This document shows positions 1 through 4,504 of a stretch of 6,457 nt of DNA, piece after piece. This DNA comes from a virus (taxonomy: Duplodnaviria; Heunggongvirae; Uroviricota; Caudoviricetes). A model generated the notes under the pieces. It ran no database searches. It saw only the letters and a list, made by a program, of their open reading frames with translations, and was not told the origin of the DNA. The DNA lies in the IMG/VR virus record IMGVR_UViG_2563366830_000009. One strand, given 5' to 3'. The translations under genes were made by a program, and so were the position numbers. The first letter of the stretch is position 1. Every line of letters begins with the position of its first letter.

Positions 1-224
1 CCGCCGCCCGGGCGGGAATCCGCAGAACGCCCACCGCAGCGTGAGCCGTCAGCAGCAGTGTCGCTGTCGTGCTGACAACGACCGGCAAAGGCCTGAGTTG
101 ACGCTACCAGAGACAACAAAACGAACAGTGCAGCAAATGCTTTTTTCATTGTGACATTTCCATCTATAAGCCACCTCAATGTGGCGTCAATGAGTGTAGC
201 ACTGACTTTTGTTTCGTCCATAAA
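1..224. repeat. Direct repeat copy 1 (about 224 bp, 2 mismatches to copy 2 at 1176-1399); may extend left of the window
   Basis: Read directly: positions 1-224 align with 1176-1399 at offset 1175, differing only at 185 (c vs t) and 215 (t vs c). Contains the perfect palindrome CCCGCCCGGGCGGG (3-16). Confidence 0.9.
163..190 (-). promoter_or_regulatory. Sigma70-like promoter inside repeat copy 1 (-35 TTGACG, -10 TATAGA, 16-nt spacer)
   Basis: Minus-strand reading shows a -35 hexamer at 190-185 and -10 at 168-163. The single repeat mismatch at 185 falls in the -35 (TTGACG here, consensus TTGACA in copy 2). Confidence 0.4.
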
Positions 225-230
225 AAACTA

Positions 231-743
231 CTATGCAGGCTTTTTGGATTTGTACGAATAATCCCACGGATAAACATTTCTACTAAGTGGAGCTGTATTC
301 GTTCGTTCATGAAATAATTTTGTGAAATTCAATACGGAATCCATCCAAACTTTTGCGTTAGCTTTGGTGTGTGCGGGCGGGTCCCAATAAGCTAGTAAGG
401 CTGCATCTCTTATTTCATTGACTGCATATATGAGATATGCGTTACTGGTTGGTTTTGGCCTGTAATTTCCTTGTTCATCAATCAATCCATATGACCACTC
501 ATCCCAACACTGTTCAGTACATGAGTATGAATATGATGCATATTCACCAATATTGACATGAACCTTTCTGAGATGGAAGCCTAATACTTCGTCTGGTCTT
601 TCAAAAAGAGTATCTTTTCCCAGATCAGGATGATGACCATGACGCCAGTGTTGTTTAAAAGCATCTTTTAGCGAAATCAGAAAGTCATCAGTTTTAAACT
701 CACCAGTAGGTATAACCTTCCCGCTATACTCACTCAAAAACAT
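231..743 (-). CDS. YafO-family-like type II toxin (170 aa), putative ribosome-dependent mRNA interferase
   Basis: Good RBS on minus strand (AAGGAAGAGG about 6 nt before ATG at 743). Start overlaps the upstream ORF stop by 14 nt (730-743). Segments LFERPDEVLGFHLRKVHV and TSNAYLIYAVNEIRDAALLAYWDPPAH resemble my recollection of E. coli YafO (FERVAHIHL... and TNDEAHLVYCQG...WLLIAILKPEPH); not search-verified. Confidence 0.5.
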   Translation of the reverse strand: MFLSEYSGKVIPTGEFKTDDFLISLKDAFKQHWRHGHHPDLGKDTLFERPDEVLGFHLRKVHVNIGEYASYSYSCTEQCWDEWSYGLIDEQGNYRPKPTSNAYLIYAVNEIRDAALLAYWDPPAHTKANAKVWMDSVLNFTKLFHERTNTAPLSRNVYPWDYSYKSKKPA

Positions 744-1056
744 CGAATTCCTCTTCCTTCATATGCGTTTCTAATGAGTTAAGCTGGCGGAAAGATATCT
801 CTTTTGATTCTGCAGATGAGAGCTTTTTTATCCGCTTGATATTCTTTGTGATAGGAATAGACATTGTATGCACATCAGCGGATGCTCTTGGCTTTGTGCT
901 GATAAAAATATGGCGCAATGCCGCATTTTCACTATTGAACGAGCCAATAGCTGATTTACGTGCTACAACCTTACCAGTAAAAATACGACTCTTGCTACGC
1001 TTTGCATGAGTTCCGCTTCTTACCGGACCTCTCATCACGAATCCAAGTTTTGTCAT
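730..1056 (-). CDS. Hypothetical basic protein (108 aa), first gene of the module; candidate antitoxin or autoregulator, not YafN/Phd-like
   Basis: Strong RBS (GGAGA, 6-nt spacing) before ATG at 1056. Translationally coupled to the YafO-like ORF. Operator palindrome at 1099-1113 lies about 45 nt upstream. Very basic N-terminal half (GTHAKRSKSRIFTGKVVARKS). Confidence 0.5.
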   Translation of the reverse strand: MTKLGFVMRGPVRSGTHAKRSKSRIFTGKVVARKSAIGSFNSENAALRHIFISTKPRASADVHTMSIPITKNIKRIKKLSSAESKEISFRQLNSLETHMKEEEFDVFE

Positions 1057-1098
1057 CTTTAATCTCCGGTAAGTTACAGGTATAAAATAAAAACAGGT

Positions 1099-1113
1099 TT
1101 ACCTTTAAGGTAA
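1099..1113. promoter_or_regulatory. Operator-like perfect palindrome TTACCTTTAAGGTAA (site 1), overlapping a -10-like hexamer of a minus-strand promoter
   Basis: Minus strand reads TTGCAG(1141-1136)-17 nt-TACTAT(1118-1113) running into the palindrome. The identical 16-mer TTACCTTTAAGGTAAT recurs at 3921-3936. Confidence 0.55.
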
Positions 1114-1156
1114 TAGTACGCTATTCACCCCCGGTCTGCAATCTGTACAGAATTAT

Positions 1157-1324
1157 TTAAAGGCACATCCCTGTGCCGCCGCCCGGGCGGGAATCCGCAG
1201 AACGCCCACCGCAGCGTGAGCCGTCAGCAGCAGTGTCGCTGTCGTGCTGACAACGACCGGCAAAGGCCTGAGTTGACGCTACCAGAGACAACAAAACGAA
1301 CAGTGCAGCAAATGCTTTTTTCAT
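1157..1324 (-). CDS. Short ORF (55 aa) with a canonical Sec-type signal peptide (MKKAFAALFVLLSLVASTQAFA) and a Cys/Gly/Arg-rich tail; could be a small secreted peptide, a truncated gene 5' end, or a non-coding leader
   Basis: ATG at 1324-1322, stop at 1159-1157. The N-terminus has textbook n/h/c signal-peptide organisation, but the C-terminal 30 codons are read through GC-rich palindromes and there is no SD. An identical N-terminal coding segment in copy 1 (from ATG 149-147) runs off the left edge. Confidence 0.25.
   Translation of the reverse strand: MKKAFAALFVLLSLVASTQAFAGRCQHDSDTAADGSRCGGRSADSRPGGGTGMCL
1162..1177. other. Junction hairpin GGCACATCCCTGTGCC (6-bp stem, 4-nt loop) followed on the minus strand by a T/A-rich tract; module-boundary motif, possible weak terminator
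   Basis: The 24-bp motif aGGCACATCCnTGTGCCGCCGC recurs at 2315-2338 immediately after the 244-aa gene stop. Flanking promoter regions (ATAATT...TTGCAG) are also homologous. Confidence 0.4.
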
Positions 1325-1399
1325 TGTGACATTTCCATCTATAAGCCACCTCAATGTGGTGTCAATGAGTGTAGCACTGACTTTTGTTTCGTCCACAAA
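1176..1399. repeat. Direct repeat copy 2, about 99 percent identical to 1-224
   Basis: Same alignment as copy 1. Left boundary falls inside the hairpin motif GGCACATCCCTGTGCC (1162-1177); right boundary is the A-run before the terminator at 1403-1417. Confidence 0.9.
1338..1365 (-). promoter_or_regulatory. Sigma70-like promoter inside repeat copy 2 (-35 TTGACA consensus, 16-nt spacer, -10 TATAGA)
   Basis: Minus strand reads cactcaTTGACAccacattgaggtggctTATAGAtggaaatgtcacaATG. Perfect -35 and 4/6 -10; the ATG follows about 15 nt later with no clear Shine-Dalgarno. Confidence 0.45.
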
Positions 1400-1425
1400 A
1401 AAGCCCGCAGCGCGGGCTTACTTTT
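1397..1425. terminator. Rho-independent, bidirectional-type terminator (GCCCGC-AGC-GCGGGC flanked by an A-run and a T-rich run), terminating the minus-strand 182-aa gene
   Basis: Perfect 6-bp GC stem at 1403-1408/1412-1417. On the minus strand it is followed by TTTTTT (complement of 1397-1402) directly after the stop codon at 1418-1420. Confidence 0.7.
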
Positions 1426-1966
1426 CTTCAGGTTTGTTGTCTTCAGATTTCTTCTTGATGCTTGGTTTTTGTCTAAGAACGAAAATACCAGCCACTGCAA
1501 CAACTGTACCGATCACTGTGCCAGCTAGAACTTCATGACCTGTTAAACCTAATAATGTTGCACAAGCTACTGTAAAAATAGTTGCACTCAGGCCAAACCA
1601 CTGCCCACGTTTATCTCTATTAATAGCCCCGTCAAGTGCCTTTTCCTCCATTTTCTGGCGGTGAGCAAACTCCTTCTCCGTCAGCTGGAAGATGCGTTCG
1701 GGGGCATCAGGTAAAATATCCTGATACCCGCGAAGCAGATAGGGGGGAGGAAGCGGACCCTGAAACGCATGGTGAGCGACAACTATCTCCTGAATTTCAG
1801 GGCGATCAAGAACTCTTGTGAAGGCATCTGGGTGTTGAATGATCTCGTTACTTAGCCCTTCCTCAACTTCCTCGAACTCAGTTTCTTCGTTATCACTTGG
1901 TTGCCCAATAGATTTTTGCATATTTGTCGAAGGACATTCCTTTAGCTTCTGGTTTTCCTCTTGCAT
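1418..1966 (-). CDS. DUF2335 (COG5346)-like membrane protein, 182 aa, acidic N-terminal region and two C-terminal TM helices
   Basis: Motif PLPPPYLLRGYQDILPDAPERIFQLTEKEFAHRQ...RGQWFG then two hydrophobic helices matches my recollection of the DUF2335 family (unverified). The true start may be the internal Met at 1921; the long ORF overlaps the upstream gene by 74 nt. Confidence 0.55.
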   Translation of the reverse strand: MQEENQKLKECPSTNMQKSIGQPSDNEETEFEEVEEGLSNEIIQHPDAFTRVLDRPEIQEIVVAHHAFQGPLPPPYLLRGYQDILPDAPERIFQLTEKEFAHRQKMEEKALDGAINRDKRGQWFGLSATIFTVACATLLGLTGHEVLAGTVIGTVVAVAGIFVLRQKPSIKKKSEDNKPEEK

Positions 1967-2219
1967 TTGAGTTTTTCCCTGTCACTATTGCCCATTTTCC
2001 GCCAGCAGGCGCTGCAATTTTTTTTCCGTTCTTTACTATATATTCAGCATAAACACGATTTTCTGACCGTCTGAGATCGTCTCCGACCATATTCATGTCT
2101 CTTGATATAACTTTGACGACAGAGTCTCGGTTTAAAGCCTTGGCATAGTTGGAGCCAGGAACGATACCCAAAGGGGTGCCAGACTCTATAGCCAGCTCCT
2201 TGACATATCTTCTGCTCAT
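1893..2219 (-). CDS. Hypothetical protein, about 108 aa (MSRRYVKELAIESG...), first gene of the second module
   Basis: The track ORF begins with TTG at 2234, but the ATG at 2219-2217 is preceded by GAGGT (4-nt spacing). Operator-like site 2 lies 22 nt upstream. Overlaps or couples with the DUF2335-like gene. Confidence 0.5.
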   Translation of the reverse strand: MSRRYVKELAIESGTPLGIVPGSNYAKALNRDSVVKVISRDMNMVGDDLRRSENRVYAEYIVKNGKKIAAPAGGKWAIVTGKNSNARGKPEAKGMSFDKYAKIYWATK

Positions 2220-2240
2220 ATGAACCTCAACCAATCGACT

Positions 2241-2255
2241 TTACCAATCGGGTAA
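2241..2255. promoter_or_regulatory. Operator-like site 2, TTACCAATCGGGTAA (same TTACC-N5-GGTAA half-sites), overlapping a -10-like TAAAAT on the minus strand
   Basis: Same half-site and spacing as sites 1, 3 and 4. The surrounding region is homologous to the region upstream of the 108-aa gene (shared ATAATT...ACA...TTGCAG). Confidence 0.45.
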
Positions 2256-2316
2256 TTTTAAACATGAGTATAATGCTTTTAACTGCAACGAGTGTAAACA
2301 ATTATTGATAATTGTA

Positions 2317-2332
2317 GGCACATCCATGTGCC
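2317..2332. other. Junction hairpin GGCACATCCATGTGCC immediately after the ORF6N gene stop; second copy of the module-boundary motif, possible weak terminator
   Basis: 22 of 24 bases match 1160-1183. The stop codon of the 244-aa gene is at 2341-2343. Confidence 0.4.
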
Positions 2333-2340
2333 GCCGCTCG

Positions 2341-3060
2341 TCAGAAGAACCCTGCCTTGTCGTTGATGTACTCCGCGTGGGTCTGGATATCACGCAGGCA
2401 TTTGCTCACACCGACGATGTAGCAGAACATGGTGGTCAGCTCCGCCGCCGCGCCCGATACGTCATGCCCGTCTTCCTGTAACTGGTTCAGCAAATTCATC
2501 AGCAGTGAGTTCTCCGTCAGGCCGAGAACACCAGACGGCGAGTGAATCAGGCTGCGGTAGCCGGGCTTCAGTGGGGCGCTGTATTCTTTTTTGTCTTCCA
2601 GCTTGATCGCCTCCATAATGGCGGGCATGAATTTTTCAATTACCTGAGTGGCCTTTGATAAATCAGCTCCACCTGAGAGACGAACATCTCCACTGACATT
2701 TGCGGGTTTTCTGTCGAAGTAGCAATCTTCCAGTTTTTCGAAGACCTCCCACGCTTTTTCAGTCTCAAGAATTTTCGCATGTCGTGCTGCACCGCGAGCG
2801 GTCCATAAGAAAAGATGACTTACTTTTGGTGCAATATTAAGCAAACCTCTTTGAGAGGACTCGTTCTTAAATGCTCGTAATTCTTCGCCTATCAGCTTGA
2901 AACAATGTTTTCCCTCAATGAATCGATCTGCATTTCGTTGATAGTTTTGACGAATCAGTTTGGGTTCTGTGTCATACAAATCAGCAAGCATTTCTGTAGT
3001 CATTACAGGGATGTTGCAATGAGTTGTTATCGGCAACTTATCAATAGCTATATTACGCAT
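2341..3060 (-). CDS. ORF6N-domain (KilA-N superfamily) protein, often annotated as phage antirepressor-like; N-terminal ORF6N domain plus an uncharacterised C-terminal domain of about 130 aa
   Basis: N-terminal region (VMTTEMLADLYDTEPKLIRQNYQRNADRFIEGKHCFKLIGEE...LWTARGAARHAKILETEKA) fits the ORF6N consensus as I recall it (VMLD-DLA-LY...RN-RFP-F-L-EE). The track start is 3075, but GGAGG with 8-nt spacing favours ATG at 3060-3058. That start overlaps the upstream gene stop (3053-3055) in the sequence ATGCGTAA. Confidence 0.6.
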   Translation of the reverse strand: MRNIAIDKLPITTHCNIPVMTTEMLADLYDTEPKLIRQNYQRNADRFIEGKHCFKLIGEELRAFKNESSQRGLLNIAPKVSHLFLWTARGAARHAKILETEKAWEVFEKLEDCYFDRKPANVSGDVRLSGGADLSKATQVIEKFMPAIMEAIKLEDKKEYSAPLKPGYRSLIHSPSGVLGLTENSLLMNLLNQLQEDGHDVSGAAAELTTMFCYIVGVSKCLRDIQTHAEYINDKAGFF

Positions 3061-3559
3061 TTTCATTGCCTCCATCTTTCACGACGAAATAGCAATTATC
3101 TTTATAATCTAACTGGATGAACTTTATGTTTTCAGGGAGTTTTACAGAAAGAGTTTTTGCACAAGCAAAACCAAAATCTGCGCCAGAAGCATCCATATAC
3201 CTTAATAATTGTTTTAATGCTGAAGGAGAAAAAGTATCTACCTTCACCTCAACAGGGTAACCATCTTTTGTTTTTAGGTCTGGTTGACCTGGTCCACCAA
3301 GTATTTCAGCGTTAAGGTATTTTGCTATTTCTGGATAAGCGTTGTATTCAGAGCGTAGTTTTGCCTTGTTATCGACTGCTAGTTGCATAAGATGATCAAA
3401 CAAATTGGTATCTAAATCTGCCCCTTCATCCCACATTCTATTTCTACAGCTAATCAATTCACTGACCAGTGGTGCACTTTCTTGCCTTAGCATAAGAAGG
3501 AGTGGAGAATTAGAAATTAACCAATACAGATCGTCGTTTGAGATTTTTTGGCCTGGCAT
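3053..3559 (-). CDS. Hypothetical protein (168 aa), AT-rich, translationally coupled to the ORF6N gene
   Basis: RBS GAGGT about 7 nt before ATG at 3559. Overlaps the downstream gene by 8 nt. No recognisable domain by eye. Confidence 0.5.
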   Translation of the reverse strand: MPGQKISNDDLYWLISNSPLLLMLRQESAPLVSELISCRNRMWDEGADLDTNLFDHLMQLAVDNKAKLRSEYNAYPEIAKYLNAEILGGPGQPDLKTKDGYPVEVKVDTFSPSALKQLLRYMDASGADFGFACAKTLSVKLPENIKFIQLDYKDNCYFVVKDGGNENA

Positions 3560-3835
3560 AGCGATACCTCTACTAGTAAGTTACCTACCACCGCAACGCC
3601 AATTGCTGGTGGTGAACTGGACAAGGTTGGCGTACCGGCCTAGTAGGTACCGGCGCACCTTTCGGTGCCCCTGCCCAGCCCACCATAATTCGGATATGAC
3701 TGTGCTATACGCATAAAAAAACCACGTCTGGCGTGGTATGCGCCTACTAGTAATCCGGGACGCCAATCCCGGCACTGGATTTTGCCAGTGCCCGATTACT
3801 ATGGCACAAGAGGAGTGCGATGTAAATTTACCGAA
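3560..3835 (-). ncRNA. Candidate structured RNA: either an sRNA of about 120 nt (roughly 3835 to 3714) or a long attenuator-type 5' leader of the 168-aa/ORF6N operon
   Basis: Multiple nested stem-loops are visible: an outer stem AGTAATC/GATTACT (3748-3754 with 3794-3800) enclosing hairpins CCGGGA-CGCCAA-TCCCGG and CACTGG-ATTTTG-CCAGTG; GCACC-TTTC-GGTGC; ACCACC...GGTGGT. A promoter with overlapping operator sits upstream and the terminator is at 3714-3737. No ATG-initiated ORF in this minus-strand stretch. Confidence 0.3.
3714..3737 (-). terminator. Intrinsic terminator-like hairpin on the minus strand (ACCACG-CCAGA-CGTGGT followed by U6-7) inside the long region upstream of the 168-aa gene
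   Basis: Plus strand shows aaaaaaACCACGtctggCGTGGT; on the minus strand the 6-bp stem is followed by a T-run. It lies about 155 nt upstream of the 168-aa start codon. Confidence 0.5.
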
Positions 3836-3871
3836 AAGGTAATGATAAACGCTAAGAAATATTAAAATCAA
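3828..3871 (-). promoter_or_regulatory. Minus-strand promoter (-35 TTGATT 3871-3866, 18-nt spacer, -10 TATCAT 3847-3842) overlapping operator-like site 3, TTACCGAAAAGGTAA (3828-3842)
   Basis: Minus strand reads TTGATTttaatatttcttagcgttTATCATTACCTTTTCGGTAA. The arrangement of a -10 hexamer running into the TTACC half-site is the same as at site 1 (TACTATTACC). Confidence 0.4.
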
Positions 3872-3920
3872 CCATATTTGGTTGATTGCGTTTAACGCTT
3901 GATCACCTGAAAGCAAGATA

Positions 3921-3935
3921 TTACCTTTAAGGTAA
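3921..3935. promoter_or_regulatory. Operator-like site 4, TTACCTTTAAGGTAA, identical to site 1 and 21 nt upstream of the 175-aa gene start
   Basis: Perfect palindrome; the 16-mer TTACCTTTAAGGTAAT matches 1099-1114. It is followed by tgtGAGGAaaagcaATG (RBS and start at 3956). Confidence 0.5.
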
Positions 3936-3955
3936 TGTTATTGTGAGGAAAAGCA

Positions 3956-4483
3956 ATGGAAGTTTTCTTAATCATCGTCGGCATCGTGATTATTAATTTT
4001 GTTTTTTTATTTATTGCAAAAAAACAAAAAAGTAACGATATGCATGTTTCTACAACTGATGATCTTACCTTTGTAGAGCATGCACTGAATGTATCAGGAT
4101 ATAAACTCACTCCATACGGAGCTGGTGTATCACTCATGTCTTTAAGTAACGGTTTTTCAAAAGAAGAAACATTTTCACATATAGCTTTGATGGCTCTTTC
4201 TCAACACGCCAAAGTCGCAGGTAGTGACGCAATTGAGCTTAGTAAAGTTAGCATTCGTGCGATGTCGATAGCTGAAAACTTAACTAAATTATTCAGGAAA
4301 GGTCTTATTCGATCAGAAATATATAAAAATGATTTGAATGCTATCATGGCTGTCAGCACAATTAATGAAAACCAAGAGGATTGGATTTCCATAGTTCTGG
4401 AAAGCAATAGCACATCTAACAAGGATACTATTGCTTTGCCGATAAGTGCAGAAGCTTCTTTAGAAGCCATAAACAGCCATTGA
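3956..4483 (+). CDS. Hypothetical single-pass membrane protein (175 aa), AT-rich; N-terminal TM helix then a soluble domain
   Basis: RBS GAGGA 8 nt before ATG. The N-terminus MEVFLIIVGIVIINFVFLFIAKKQK is a clear TM segment with a positive patch after it. Only plus-strand gene in the window; convergent with the 618-aa gene. Confidence 0.5.
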   Translation: MEVFLIIVGIVIINFVFLFIAKKQKSNDMHVSTTDDLTFVEHALNVSGYKLTPYGAGVSLMSLSNGFSKEETFSHIALMALSQHAKVAGSDAIELSKVSIRAMSIAENLTKLFRKGLIRSEIYKNDLNAIMAVSTINENQEDWISIVLESNSTSNKDTIALPISAEASLEAINSH

Positions 4484-4504
4484 AAGAACTCCAATAAATA
4501 TTGA

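Noticed and set aside
1-1399. CRISPR array
   Set aside because: There are only two copies of a 224-bp repeat separated by 950 bp of coding DNA; no short regularly spaced repeats or spacers anywhere in the window.
1326-1538. 70-aa plus-strand ORF across repeat copy 2 and the terminator
   Set aside because: It is antisense to the repeat promoter and mini-ORF and to the DUF2335-like gene end, and crosses the intrinsic terminator hairpin; no RBS.
1-2338. Integron gene cassettes with attC sites
   Set aside because: The repeat is 224 bp with its own promoter rather than a 60-140 bp attC, the modules hold two genes each with promoters, and no intI integrase is present.
1636-3716. Plus-strand ORFs 1636..1821, 2905..3120 and 3405..3716, and minus-strand ORF 3892..4137
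   Set aside because: Each is antisense to or overlaps a minus- or plus-strand gene with better start signals; no RBS or recognisable product.
3560-3830. tRNA or tmRNA, or an att site embedded in a tRNA
   Set aside because: The hairpins do not form a cloverleaf: no 7-bp acceptor stem with a D/anticodon/T arm layout and no GTTCRANYC T-loop box.
3560-3830. Retron msr/msd or type III toxin-antitoxin RNA
   Set aside because: No reverse-transcriptase gene follows, and there are no tandem direct repeats of about 36 nt as in ToxI-like antitoxins; the structure is hairpins only.
3581-3916. 111-aa minus-strand ORF spanning the intergenic structured region
   Set aside because: It starts with TTG, runs through the operator palindromes, hairpins and terminator, and has no RBS; almost certainly a chance open frame across structured non-coding DNA.
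4201-4494. 97-aa minus-strand ORF inside the 175-aa gene
   Set aside because: Fully antisense to the better-supported plus-strand gene (RBS and operator); no independent start signals.
4484-4504. Terminator between the convergent 175-aa and 618-aa genes
   Set aside because: Only 21 bp separate the two stops and I could find no stable inverted repeat there; termination signals, if any, must lie inside the opposing coding sequences.
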